From assembly GCA_023267655.1 (NCBI GenBank), contig JAHFMV010000004.1, positions 10,044-74,043 on the forward strand: a stretch of DNA of 64,000 nt. Direction: 5' to 3'. Shown one piece after another: positions 20,514-29,782 of the stretch (position 1 is its first letter; the number at the start of each line of letters is the position of its first letter). This stretch comes from Candidatus Kaiserbacteria bacterium. GTDB lineage: Bacteria > Patescibacteriota > Minisyncoccia > Phycocordibacterales > UBA2100. Both the position numbers and the translations under genes were made by a program. The notes beneath the pieces are model-generated. The model made no database searches. It saw only the letters and a list, made by a program, of their open reading frames with translations, and had not been told where the DNA came from.

Positions 20514-23393
20514 ATGCGCTCGTACGACCATAAAAAAATAGAGCAGAAATGGCAGAAAGACTGGACGAAAAAGAAGCTCTACAAAACGGCCGACTCGGTG
20601 AAAGGGAAAGAGAATTTCCAACTTCTCGTCGAATTTCCATATCCCTCCGGTAATCTCCACGTCGGGCATTGGTATGCGTTTGCGGAGCCCGATATTTTAG
20701 CGCGCCATCTGCGCATGACGGGGAAGAACGTGATGTATCCGATTGGTTTCGATGCCTTCGGACTTCCCGCGGAAAATGCTGCGATAAAAAACGGACTGAA
20801 TCCAAAAAAATGGACGTTCGGCAATATCGCATACATGAAAAAGCAGATCGCATCGATGGGCACATCGTTTGATTGGTCGCGTGAAGTGATTACCGCCGAT
20901 CCCGCGTACTACCAATGGACGCAATGGCTCTTTTTGCAGTTTTTCAAGAAAGGCCTTGCATATAAAAAAGAGACTGCGGTGAATTGGTGTCCAAAAGACA
21001 AAACAGTGCTCGCGAACGAACAAGTGGTAAATGGCAAATGCGAACGCTGCGGCACGGAAGTTGAGCAACGCAACATGTTGCAGTGGAATTTGAAAATCAC
21101 GGACTATGCCGACCGTCTCGTCGATGATCTCGCGCCGCTCGATTGGCCGGAACAAATCAAAGAATCGCAACGCAATTGGATCGGCCGCAGCGAAGGCGCG
21201 GAAATTGATTTCTTTCTTGATTTTGGCGACGAGAAGGTAAATGCGCGCACCGACGCTAGTGGCAAACGTGCACATATCAAAATTTTTACCACGCGGGCAG
21301 ATACGCTTTTCGGCGCGACATATTTGGTACTTTCGCCCGAGCATCTATGGGTAAAATTGGCCCTCGGACACAGGACAGTTCTCAAAAATAACGAGGAAGT
21401 TCAAAAGTATGTCCGTGTAGCAGGGAAGAAAACAGAGTTAGAACGGCAGGAAAATAAAGAAAAGACCGGCGTGAAATTGGAGGGTGTTGAAGCAATCAAT
21501 CCGGCAACTGGTGAAAAGATTCCGTTATTCGTTGCTGACTACGTTCTCGCGCACTACGGTACCGGCGCAATCATGGCGGTCCCCGCACACGATGAACGTG
21601 ATTATGAATTTGCGACGAAATTTAAATTACCGATACGCGATGTTGTCGTCGAACAGACAACGCCACGAGTACCGGATGGTGTCTTCAGAAAAATCGGTAT
21701 AGCTATTGTCGAGAATGATAAAAATGAAGTGCTTTTACAATCAATTACTCACGAAGATCGCGTTGAATACGGACTACCTGGGGGAGGCATAGATGAAGGG
21801 GAGACAGAGGAAGAAGGAGTTATTCGCGAAGTTATCGAAGAAACAGGGTACACGAATTTTACTAATATCCGTCGCATTGGCACGGTTGAGTCAAATTTTT
21901 ATAATACCGTTCGAAAGATTAATCGACAGGCATTGGCCACATGCTATGCACTTCGTTTGAAAAATGAAACTAAGAAAGAATTGCAATTAACGGAACTTGA
22001 GAAAAAGGTCAAAATTGAAAATTTTTGGGTTAGTAAGCAAAAGGCCCTCGAACTCATTTCCGGATCACAATCTAACTCGGGTGAGGATCAGCCGTTATTC
22101 ATGCGATATCTTGGGGATAAAACTGATCCGTATACCGGTGCGGGCATACTGATACATTCTGCTGAATTTGATGGTCTAAATTCAGAAAAAGCGCGTCAAA
22201 AGATTACAGAAAAATTCGGCACGAAGAAGACGACGTACAAGATGCGCGATTGGGTTGTCTCGCGTCAGCGGTTCTGGGGCGTGCCGATTCCGATTATTCA
22301 TTGCCCGAAATGCGGTGATGTTGCGGTGCCGGATAAGGATTTACCCGTAAAGTTACCGGATTTGAAAGATTATCTGCCGACAGGAGACGGAAAGTCACCG
22401 CTCGCGAAAGTAAAATCATTCGTCAAGGTGAAATGTCCGCAGTGCAAAGGGAAAGCGGAACGCGAGATTGATACGTTTGATACCTTTGTCGACTCATCGT
22501 GGTATTTCCAAAGATATTCGGATCCGAAGAATACAAAGAAATTTGCGGATGCGAAAAAACTACAGAACTGGTTGCCGGTTGATTTGTATTCAGGCGGTGC
22601 CGAACATACGACGGTGCATCTTCTCTATAGCCGCTTCTGGCACAAGGCGATGTTTGATCTCGGGCTCGTAAAAGATGCAGAGCCATACACGCGTCGCATG
22701 AATCGCTCGCTTATCATGGGTCCTGACGGACAGAAAATGTCGAAATCGCGCGGCAACGTGATCGATCCGGATGAAGTCGTGCGCAATCTTGGTGCTGATA
22801 CGGTGCGTATGTATTTGGCCTTTATCGGCCCGTACAACGAAGTGGCAAGTTATCCATGGAATCCAAACGGGGTCGTTGGCGTGCGTCGATTTCTCGAGCG
22901 AGTCTGGCGCCTTCACGAACGACTCTCGGCTGTGCAGCATCCGCTTGTCGAGCGCGCGATTCATGTGTGTGCAAAGAAATTGACCGAAGATTTGCCGCAA
23001 ATGAAATTCAATACCGCCATCGCGGCGATGATGCTGTTTCTTAACGAAGCCGAAGCAAAGGGAATTACCAAGGGTCAATATCTCGTCCTTCTGCGTCTTC
23101 TTGCGCCGTTCGCGCCGCATATCACGGATGAGCTGTGGCACATCCTCGGCAACAAGAAGTCGGTCCATCTCGAAGCATGGCCAAAATATGATCCGAAGAA
23201 AGTTGTGTCGGAAGAAGCGACGATCGTGGTTCAAATCAATGGCAAGGTTCGCGCACAAGTCCAGGTAGCGTCAAATTCGAGCGAAGCGTTGGTACGCGCA
23301 GAAGCCGAAAAGACAGTTGAAAAATGGCTTGAAGGGAAGTCGGTACGTAAAGTCATCTTCGTACCGAACCGACTGATCAATTTCGTCGTTTAA
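20514..23393 (+). CDS. leuS: leucine--tRNA ligase with internal NUDIX hydrolase domain insertion
   Basis: HIGH motif as HVGHWYAF and KMSKS as KMSKSRGN. CP1 editing-domain conservation (AVPAHDERDYEFA). At 959 aa it is ~100-150 aa longer than typical bacterial LeuRS; the excess is a complete NUDIX fold. Confidence 0.95.
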   Translation: MRSYDHKKIEQKWQKDWTKKKLYKTADSVKGKENFQLLVEFPYPSGNLHVGHWYAFAEPDILARHLRMTGKNVMYPIGFDAFGLPAENAAIKNGLNPKKWTFGNIAYMKKQIASMGTSFDWSREVITADPAYYQWTQWLFLQFFKKGLAYKKETAVNWCPKDKTVLANEQVVNGKCERCGTEVEQRNMLQWNLKITDYADRLVDDLAPLDWPEQIKESQRNWIGRSEGAEIDFFLDFGDEKVNARTDASGKRAHIKIFTTRADTLFGATYLVLSPEHLWVKLALGHRTVLKNNEEVQKYVRVAGKKTELERQENKEKTGVKLEGVEAINPATGEKIPLFVADYVLAHYGTGAIMAVPAHDERDYEFATKFKLPIRDVVVEQTTPRVPDGVFRKIGIAIVENDKNEVLLQSITHEDRVEYGLPGGGIDEGETEEEGVIREVIEETGYTNFTNIRRIGTVESNFYNTVRKINRQALATCYALRLKNETKKELQLTELEKKVKIENFWVSKQKALELISGSQSNSGEDQPLFMRYLGDKTDPYTGAGILIHSAEFDGLNSEKARQKITEKFGTKKTTYKMRDWVVSRQRFWGVPIPIIHCPKCGDVAVPDKDLPVKLPDLKDYLPTGDGKSPLAKVKSFVKVKCPQCKGKAEREIDTFDTFVDSSWYFQRYSDPKNTKKFADAKKLQNWLPVDLYSGGAEHTTVHLLYSRFWHKAMFDLGLVKDAEPYTRRMNRSLIMGPDGQKMSKSRGNVIDPDEVVRNLGADTVRMYLAFIGPYNEVASYPWNPNGVVGVRRFLERVWRLHERLSAVQHPLVERAIHVCAKKLTEDLPQMKFNTAIAAMMLFLNEAEAKGITKGQYLVLLRLLAPFAPHITDELWHILGNKKSVHLEAWPKYDPKKVVSEEATIVVQINGKVRAQVQVASNSSEALVRAEAEKTVEKWLEGKSVRKVIFVPNRLINFVV
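21684..22064 (+). other. NUDIX hydrolase domain embedded in LeuRS (between the end of the CP1 editing domain and the leucyl-specific region)
   Basis: Perfect Nudix box G-GIDEG-E-TEEEGVI-RE-V-I-EE-T-G-Y (G x5 E x7 REUxEExGU), flanked by ~50 aa N-terminal and ~70 aa C-terminal fold elements. E. coli LeuRS has only ~30 aa at this position. Confidence 0.8.
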
Positions 23394-24877
23394 TACTTGG
23401 CGACGAGTCGTGGGCCGTCGGCGGTGTCTTCGATCACATACCCTGCGGATTCAATTTCTGTGCGAACCTGGTCGGCGACATCCCATTTCTTTTCTGCACG
23501 CGCTTCTTCACGCTTTGCAAGTAGGTCGCGCACATGTGCAGGAACGTCGGCAGAAGAAACTACGGCGCCAAGTTCCTTGCGATATAACTCACTCGCGCGA
23601 TCATCAGGCTGTGCGAGCTGCAATCCAAATACTTTATCTGCCGCGAGAATGCCTGCGCGAATGTCCGCGTGCGGGACATTTTTGTCATTGATCATTTCCC
23701 ACACAACGGCGAGTGCGCCCGGCGTATCAAAATCATCATTTATGCGCTCTTGGAAGCGAGTGAGATACGAAATCGGTTTAGAGCCGTCGTGCGGCAGTTC
23801 ATCAACAAGTTTCCGCAATTTCAAAAACGCCGTTTGCGCCGCTTGCAGTGCATCCCACGTAAAGTTCGATGGCTGACGATAATGCGCACCGAGCAGGAGA
23901 TAGCGAAACGCGAGCGGGTGGAATCCTTTCTCAATAATATCCGAAAGATACACAGTATTGCCTTCGGATTTTGAAATTTTTGAGCTCTCGATCTGCAAGT
24001 GCGCGCGATGAAGCCAATAGCGTGAGAACGGTTTCTTGCCCGTCGCGCTCTCCGACTGCGCGATTTCGTTGTTGTGATGCACAGGGATGTGTTCGATACC
24101 GCCGGTATGGATATCGATCTGTTCTCCCAAAATCGCGCGGCTCATCGCGGAGCATTCGATGTGCCACCCGGGGAAGCCCAGACCCCACGGGCTCTCCCAC
24201 CCCAACTTCTTGTCCAATTTCCACAACAAAAAATCCGTCGGATTGCGCTTTTCGATGGTTGCCTCGACACGTGCGCCTTCTTTCAAGCCCTCAAGATTGA
24301 TGTTGCCCAATTTGCCGTAGGCGGGAAATCGCGAGGTATCAAAATACACGCCATCGGTGCCACGATACGCATATCCTTTCTCTTCGAGCGTCTGTATCAT
24401 CGCGATTTGTGCAGGAATATAATCTGACGCGCGCGGAAAATGCGTCCCATCAGTTTTAATATTCAGTGTCGCAAGATCGGCGAGAAACAGCTCGGTGTAT
24501 TTTTCCGCAAGCGCGCGCATGTTCTCGAGCGTCAGTTTCATTTTCTCGCGCTTGAGGCCTTTGGTCATTTTGTCTTCGCCGTCGTCGCCGTCGGAGACAA
24601 GATGCCCGACGTCGGTGATGTTGATGACTTGTTTGACCGCATAGCCGTTCATCTCAAACGTGCGTCGCACGATGTCGGTAAAGACAAACATCGACAGGTT
24701 ACCGATGTGCTGCACGCCGTACACCGTCGGGCCGCAGTTGTACATCTTGACGTGACCCGGCTTCAGAGGCTCGAAGACCTCGGCCGATTGCGTGAGAGTG
24801 TTGTAGAGATGAAGGGGCGGATTTGTATCCACCGTCTTTCCACCGAGCAGCTTGTCCAACCACTTCATGTGAAGCAT
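23390..24877 (-). CDS. cysS: cysteine--tRNA ligase
   Basis: KISKSEGN (KMSKS) and CysRS-family conservation including the Zn-binding Cys. 495 aa. Confidence 0.95.
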   Translation of the reverse strand: MLHMKWLDKLLGGKTVDTNPPLHLYNTLTQSAEVFEPLKPGHVKMYNCGPTVYGVQHIGNLSMFVFTDIVRRTFEMNGYAVKQVINITDVGHLVSDGDDGEDKMTKGLKREKMKLTLENMRALAEKYTELFLADLATLNIKTDGTHFPRASDYIPAQIAMIQTLEEKGYAYRGTDGVYFDTSRFPAYGKLGNINLEGLKEGARVEATIEKRNPTDFLLWKLDKKLGWESPWGLGFPGWHIECSAMSRAILGEQIDIHTGGIEHIPVHHNNEIAQSESATGKKPFSRYWLHRAHLQIESSKISKSEGNTVYLSDIIEKGFHPLAFRYLLLGAHYRQPSNFTWDALQAAQTAFLKLRKLVDELPHDGSKPISYLTRFQERINDDFDTPGALAVVWEMINDKNVPHADIRAGILAADKVFGLQLAQPDDRASELYRKELGAVVSSADVPAHVRDLLAKREEARAEKKWDVADQVRTEIESAGYVIEDTADGPRLVAKY

Positions 24878-24896
24878 GCTACCAAGTCTCTTCGCA

Positions 24897-24936
24897 TTTT
24901 ACTAGAACCTGAAACCGGTAACCTGACACCTATTAC
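24897..24936 (+). repeat. Motif TACTAGAACCT-N10-ACCTGACACCTA (copy 2) in the corA-cysS intergenic region
   Basis: Same plus-strand orientation as the copy at 5228, but here the downstream gene (cysS) is on the minus strand. Confidence 0.75.
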
Positions 24937-25847
24937 TACAGCCACTTTTTATATTTGAAGTACATGAGCATTCCTGTGCCGGCGGCAAGGACGATACATA
25001 TGATTATCCAGAAATCGAACGGACGCCCGAGAATCGGATTGTGTTCGGAATGCACGTTCAAAATGGAAACGAGAAGCGACAGTGGAAACGTGAGGAACGC
25101 CATGATCGTAAGACGGCGCATTGTCTCGCCTTCCTTGGTAGAAAGAAGAGAATTGTTCGTCTCGCGAATTTCATGCAAGGTGTCCGTGAGGCGCATGATA
25201 TGGTTGTGGAGTCGGTAATAATCATTTTCGAGCGCGCGGAGGTATTGCACGAATTCTTCGCCGAAGAATTTCGCTCCGTCGTCAGCAAGTGTCTTTAAAA
25301 TATCGCGATGCGGTTCGATGGTCTGACGCAGGTTCAATACATCGCGTGCACACTGCGAAATCGCGCGGACCATGCGTACTTCGAGCCCCCCGAAAAGATT
25401 GTGCTCGATATGAACAAGATCAGTACGCACAAAATCGAGTTCGTGCTCGACTGCCTTGTAGAGACGGCGAAGCATGTAGAAAAAGAGATATCCCGCGTGC
25501 TCGCCCATCGGGCTTTTGTCCAAGACCGAATTCACCTCGAACACTTTGGAGAATTTGTGCAGAGGATCGATCGTATCGTAGTGCGTCGTGATCAAGAATT
25601 TTTCGCCGACGACAAAATCAACTTCTTGCTCTTCAGTCTTGTGAGCGTGACGTAGGGCAGGGAAGTGCAAAATGACATACAGGTATTTGTCGTGGAATTC
25701 GACGCGTGGCTTTTGCGTGGGTAGCAGTAATTCTTCAGCAACAAAATGATTGAGGCCATATTCGTCCATCACGCGGCGGACTTCGTCCGTTGTCGGATTT
25801 TCAAGGTCGACCCACGTGACGCCGCCGTGTTCATAGCGCGATAACAT
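24936..25847 (-). CDS. CorA-family divalent cation transporter-like protein (GMN motif not conserved)
   Basis: CorA-like soluble N-domain and two C-terminal TM helices. The signature loop reads LNV rather than GMN. Confidence 0.6.
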   Translation of the reverse strand: MLSRYEHGGVTWVDLENPTTDEVRRVMDEYGLNHFVAEELLLPTQKPRVEFHDKYLYVILHFPALRHAHKTEEQEVDFVVGEKFLITTHYDTIDPLHKFSKVFEVNSVLDKSPMGEHAGYLFFYMLRRLYKAVEHELDFVRTDLVHIEHNLFGGLEVRMVRAISQCARDVLNLRQTIEPHRDILKTLADDGAKFFGEEFVQYLRALENDYYRLHNHIMRLTDTLHEIRETNNSLLSTKEGETMRRLTIMAFLTFPLSLLVSILNVHSEHNPILGRPFDFWIIICIVLAAGTGMLMYFKYKKWL

Positions 25848-25852
25848 CTGAA

Positions 25853-25885
25853 TAGTATATAGCCACTAGCCAATAGCCACTAGGG
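25853..25885 (-). repeat. Heptad-repeat element, solo arm, promoter orientation for corA: CCCTA-GTGGCTA-TTGGCTA-GTGGCTA-TATACT-ATTCAG-ATG (locus 3)
   Basis: On the minus strand the three heptads abut TATACT, and 6 nt later the corA ATG (reverse complement of 25845-25847). Confidence 0.85.
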
Positions 25886-25944
25886 ATTACGATACACAGC
25901 TGTGCATTCTTTTAAATTTGAATTACTTGTGCGATACTTGTGCG

Positions 25945-27198
25945 ATGAATATCGAAGGGAAGATGCGCGCACTGATCGCGTCCACCGTTTTTTTGACCGT
26001 CATCGGCTTTGTCAGCGGTTTTGCGATTGGGAGTTCGCATGTCGCGCAAGGAGTTTTGCCCGCATCGGTCGCACAAGCCATCGGCGCCGACCAGCCGCCA
26101 ACCGGCGTTGATTTTTCTCCCGTGTGGAAAGCATGGGCGACTATTAATGATAAATTTGTGCCGGCATCGGTTCCGACGACGACTGCATCGTCATCGCCGC
26201 AAGTAGTGGGCACGCCCGAAGAGCGCCGCGTCTACGGAATGATCCAAGGGCTCGCTGATTCGCTCGGTGATCCATATACCTTTTATCTCCCACCGGTCGA
26301 ACAAAAACAATTCTCTGAAGATTTGAGCGGGGAATTCACGGGCGTCGGCATGGAAATCGCGATCAAGAACGAAATGTTGACCGTCGTGGCGCCGCTCAAG
26401 GGCACGCCAGCCGAGCGTGCGGGCATCAAGCCAGGCGACCTTGTCTTGCAGATCGATGGTGTCGACACGAAAGGTCTCGATATTACCGCTGCTGTTAATC
26501 GCATTCGCGGACCGAAAGGCACAATCGTGACCTTGCATGTCATGCGCGAAGGATGGAAGGAGCCGCAAGACATCAAAGTGACGCGCGATGTCATCAGCGT
26601 GCCGGTTGTGGAGACTGACAAAAAACCGGGCGGCGTGTTCGTGCTCTCGCTGCACAATTTCACCGCCAATTCGCCGGAACTATTCCGCAACGCGATGCGT
26701 GAATTTGTCGAAAGCGGCGACACGAGACTCGTCTTGGATCTGCGCGGGAATCCTGGCGGCTATCTCGAAGCAGCAGTGGATATGGCGAGCTGGTTCTTGC
26801 CGACAGGGAAGGTTGTGGTGACGGAAGATTATGCGGGACACCAAGACAACATTGTGCATCGCTCGCGCGGGTACAATATCTTTAATTCGAATTTGAAAAT
26901 GGTGATTCTTGTCGACAAAGGCTCCGCGTCGGCATCAGAAATTCTCGCCGGAGCTCTGCAACAAAATAAGATCGCACCGCTCGTCGGTACTAATACGTTC
27001 GGCAAGGGCTCAGTGCAAGAATTGGTGCCGATTACGGAGAATACCGGACTCAAGGTCACGGTCGCTCGTTGGCTTGAACCGGATGGCACGCACATCCCGA
27101 CGACCGGTATCACGCCGGATGTGGAAGTAAAAATTCCGGAAGATAATAAACCTCCTGCAGATCCGCAGATGGATAAGGCGCTTGAATTACTAAAATAA
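25945..27198 (+). CDS. ctpA: carboxyl-terminal processing protease (S41 family) with PDZ domain
   Basis: N-terminal TM/signal segment, a PDZ segment, and the S41 catalytic-region motif LVLDLRGNPGGYL, followed by a second conserved motif in the S41 C-terminal part. Confidence 0.85.
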   Translation: MNIEGKMRALIASTVFLTVIGFVSGFAIGSSHVAQGVLPASVAQAIGADQPPTGVDFSPVWKAWATINDKFVPASVPTTTASSSPQVVGTPEERRVYGMIQGLADSLGDPYTFYLPPVEQKQFSEDLSGEFTGVGMEIAIKNEMLTVVAPLKGTPAERAGIKPGDLVLQIDGVDTKGLDITAAVNRIRGPKGTIVTLHVMREGWKEPQDIKVTRDVISVPVVETDKKPGGVFVLSLHNFTANSPELFRNAMREFVESGDTRLVLDLRGNPGGYLEAAVDMASWFLPTGKVVVTEDYAGHQDNIVHRSRGYNIFNSNLKMVILVDKGSASASEILAGALQQNKIAPLVGTNTFGKGSVQELVPITENTGLKVTVARWLEPDGTHIPTTGITPDVEVKIPEDNKPPADPQMDKALELLK

Positions 27199-27201
27199 AT
27201 G

Positions 27202-27225
27202 CCCCCGCAGTGCGTACCGCGGGGG
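27202..27225. terminator. GC-rich hairpin CCCCCGC-N10-GCGGGGG after the ctpA stop (weak T-tract)
   Basis: 7-bp GC stem 4 nt after the TAA. It lies between the convergent ctpA and 27242 ORFs. Confidence 0.4.
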
Positions 27226-27241
27226 ACTTGCGTTTGCTGGG

Positions 27242-27586
27242 CTATTTGCGGGGGACTGCGAGGCTCAACATTTGGTAATACTCTTCTCGTGATGCGGTGA
27301 ATTTTCCCGTGCACGTGGAATATCCGTTTCTGCTTCCGCGTGTTCGGTCTATTCGACCTCGCAAATCCCTGGCATCCTGTTGTTTTTGCATTTCGAAACG
27401 GACATATGAACCGCGAGGAATACTGCATCGTGGATCGTGATCCAACCAAGAGTCGGATGTAACCAAGGTCCACGAACTGACGCGAACAGGCTGACCGTAT
27501 TCTGGTCCGGGAGACAGGAAGAAATAGTACCCGGCTCCTACAAGGACAAGACTCGTTACGGCGTACAGTGCGCTTGAGACCCTCAT
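27242..27586 (-). CDS. hypothetical small secreted/membrane-anchored protein
   Basis: ORF with an N-terminal hydrophobic segment. It abuts the IS left end and could be a remnant. Confidence 0.3.
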   Translation of the reverse strand: MRVSSALYAVTSLVLVGAGYYFFLSPGPEYGQPVRVSSWTLVTSDSWLDHDPRCSIPRGSYVRFEMQKQQDARDLRGRIDRTRGSRNGYSTCTGKFTASREEYYQMLSLAVPRK

Positions 27587-27654
27587 CTGCTTCTCCTACA
27601 TCTAGAGCCAATACGATAATACAATATTAATAAACTCTAGTCAACTTGCGGCAT

Positions 27655-28596
27655 CCGTGAATAACGAAATTCCATAATCGCACAACAAAGCCACAAAAAT
27701 GCAAAAAGGAACATGGGACAATGGATGGGTACCAACCTAACCATTGAAAACCATGCTCCCTTTGCAAGCGGATGATATCGCTGATTTGTTTTGTTGGGTA
27801 GATGAGCGGGTGCCTAAAGCCAAGGTGCACCCCGGGCGTCCTCCGGCGCTCGCAGACGCCGAAATCGTCACCATCCTCATCTGGCACACCATTCTCTTGA
27901 AACAGAAAACACTGAAGGACATATACGACCATGTACTCCGATATCATCAGTGCGATTTTCCTCGTGTGCCGACGTATCAAGCTTTTGTGCGTGAAGTACA
28001 TCGTGCACTGCCTGTGTGTTTTGATCGTCTCTCGGCATTGCTTTCGTCAGAAGAAGCAACCCGCATCATGGACTCAACGATGCTCGAAGTGTGCAAGCTG
28101 CATCGAGCCGATGACTATTCCGTGGCTCCAGATATGGTTGATTTCGGCAAGAACTGGCAGGGTTGGCACTTTGGATTCAAGCTGCACGCCAGTATCTCGC
28201 TCGATGGCCGCTTGTGCGGGCTCGCACTCACTGGAGCGAACGTATACGACGCGCAAATGGAACATCTCCTCTTGAACAAACACACGAGGATTGCGGTGGG
28301 TGACACCTTGTATGGCGCCTCGGTGATGCGTGAGCGGATGTGGAAGCGATACGGCACTATCATCATCGCACCGCCGCATCCAAAGCAAAAGGAAAAGATC
28401 GCTGCTCCATGGCAGATCGATCTTCTGCACATCCGATCGAAAATTGAATCGGTCTTCGATTACCTCAAGGAGCACCTGCATCTCGTCTCATCATTTCCGC
28501 GTTCGATGGCGGGATACCTCGTGCACTACCTTCGTATCCTGCTGAGCTACCAAATCATGGCTCTGTGCAAAGGGTTTTGAATTTCGTTATTCACGG
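27655..28596 (+). mobile_element. IS982-family insertion sequence (~940 bp) with 18-bp perfect terminal inverted repeats CCGTGAATAACGAAATTC
   Basis: The left inverted repeat at 27655-27672 and the right inverted repeat at 28579-28596 are exact reverse complements. A single DDE transposase ORF lies between them. Confidence 0.8.
27744..28580 (+). CDS. IS982-family DDE transposase
   Basis: 278 aa; the IMDSTMLEVC, GWHFGFKLH, VGDTLY and ...SFPRS..GYLVHYL..LSYQ blocks match the IS982 family. Confidence 0.8.
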   Translation: MKTMLPLQADDIADLFCWVDERVPKAKVHPGRPPALADAEIVTILIWHTILLKQKTLKDIYDHVLRYHQCDFPRVPTYQAFVREVHRALPVCFDRLSALLSSEEATRIMDSTMLEVCKLHRADDYSVAPDMVDFGKNWQGWHFGFKLHASISLDGRLCGLALTGANVYDAQMEHLLLNKHTRIAVGDTLYGASVMRERMWKRYGTIIIAPPHPKQKEKIAAPWQIDLLHIRSKIESVFDYLKEHLHLVSSFPRSMAGYLVHYLRILLSYQIMALCKGF

Positions 28597-28641
28597 GCGG
28601 CATACCTTGCAGACGCGAGTTCCGTGCTCAATACTACGGTT

Positions 28642-29082
28642 ATGCAGATCATCATGTTACGAGATGTCTCTGGCGTTGGGCAAAAGGGGAGCGTCAAGAA
28701 CGTCTCCGACGGGTATGCGCTCAACCACCTGATCCCCAATAAGATGGCGCAAATGGCGACGCCGGACGCGCTTAAGAATTTAGAGAAGAAAAATGCCGAC
28801 GACAAGGCGCGTCGCGCGGAGCAAGAAAAAGAATGGGCGGCGATTGCACAGAGGATGCAATCATTCACGCTCATGGTGCGCGCGAATGGGGACGCAAAAG
28901 GGCATTTATATAAAAAGATTTCGGCGGAAGATATTGCAAAAGTTTTGCGAGAGCAGGGAATCGATGTACCTGAAGAATCAATCCATCCAAAAATGCCCAT
29001 TAAACAAACCGGCACATGGCCGGTTGAGATTCGCCTGGGAAGTATCGTGGCGACGATCACTGTCGAAGTGATTACTTCGTAG
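28642..29082 (+). CDS. rplI: 50S ribosomal protein L9
   Basis: [32 protein letters not shown] matches the L9 N-terminal domain, and the C-domain is conserved. Confidence 0.85.
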   Translation: MQIIMLRDVSGVGQKGSVKNVSDGYALNHLIPNKMAQMATPDALKNLEKKNADDKARRAEQEKEWAAIAQRMQSFTLMVRANGDAKGHLYKKISAEDIAKVLREQGIDVPEESIHPKMPIKQTGTWPVEIRLGSIVATITVEVITS

Positions 29083-29353
29083 CAGAAACAGAAACGATCG
29101 AGCGCACCGTGGTGCGTCCGTCAAAATTTCCTTTGCGCTTCAGTGCGAATTTAACGATGCCGTTTGCCATTGCGAAAAGCGTGTGATCTTTGGCGACGGC
29201 GACATTCTTGCCGGCCATGATCTTCGTGCCGCGTTGGCGGACGATGATTTCTCCGGGCGTGACACTAGAGCCATCTGCGCGCTTAACGCCGAGATACTTC
29301 GGATTTGAATCAGTCAGGTTTTTCGCTGTGCCGGCGGCTTTGGTTGTGGCCAT
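29072..29353 (-). CDS. rpmA: 50S ribosomal protein L27
   Basis: [29 protein letters not shown]...[34 protein letters not shown] is the L27 signature. Overlaps the rplI 3' end convergently by 11 nt. Start at MATTKAAG (29353). Confidence 0.85.
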   Translation of the reverse strand: MATTKAAGTAKNLTDSNPKYLGVKRADGSSVTPGEIIVRQRGTKIMAGKNVAVAKDHTLFAMANGIVKFALKRKGNFDGRTTVRSIVSVSATK

Positions 29354-29373
29354 AAAATGCAGTATTCCGTATC

Positions 29374-29398
29374 GCGGTATACCGTATACTGTATACGA
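29374..29398. promoter_or_regulatory. Palindrome CGGTATACCG plus (GTATACN)x3 heptad tandem in the rpmA / 29411-gene divergent promoter region
   Basis: GTATAC hexamers at ~29377, 29384 and 29391 with 7-bp periodicity. They lie 24-45 nt upstream of the rpmA ATG on the minus strand. Confidence 0.7.
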
Positions 29399-29410
29399 AA
29401 TACCTCGAAC

Positions 29411-29782
29411 ATGACTAATATACAAGACCAATGGCTAAAAATCAAGAGTGCGGGAGAAGTAGCGCTGGGGGAATGGGGGTTGATCCTGATCGTTCTTTTG
29501 GTCGGCCTTTCGAGCTTTGGGTTAGGGCGTTTATCGGCCACAGAAGCCTCAAAATCAGCCATTTCGGTCTCCCAGGCGCCTCTTGAGGCAGAGCCGAAGG
29601 GAATGGCCATCGGTGGGCTGGTAGAGGCCTCGCGGACGGGTACGGTCTACTACTACCCATGGTGTGGTGGGGCAACGAGCATCAAGCCGGAGAATCAGCT
29701 GTGGTTTAAGACCGAAGACGCTGCAAAGGCAGCGGGGTATGCCGCGGCAAAGAATTGTAAGGGACTCGGGGATAGCCACTAG
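29411..29782 (+). CDS. hypothetical membrane-anchored protein with C-terminal Cys-containing domain (YYYPWCGG...[10 protein letters not shown])
   Basis: N-terminal TM helix. The stop codon lies inside a heptad repeat (..AGC CAC TAG). Start at MTNIQDQ. Confidence 0.5.
   Translation: MTNIQDQWLKIKSAGEVALGEWGLILIVLLVGLSSFGLGRLSATEASKSAISVSQAPLEAEPKGMAIGGLVEASRTGTVYYYPWCGGATSIKPENQLWFKTEDAAKAAGYAAAKNCKGLGDSH

Noticed and set aside
20697-21344. 215-aa minus-strand ORF, and another at 22590-23258
   Set aside because: Both are antisense to leuS. No motifs, so treated as spurious.
26829-27611. 260-aa minus-strand ORF
   Set aside because: Most of it is antisense to ctpA. Only the distal 27242-27586 ORF in a different frame was kept, as a low-confidence gene.
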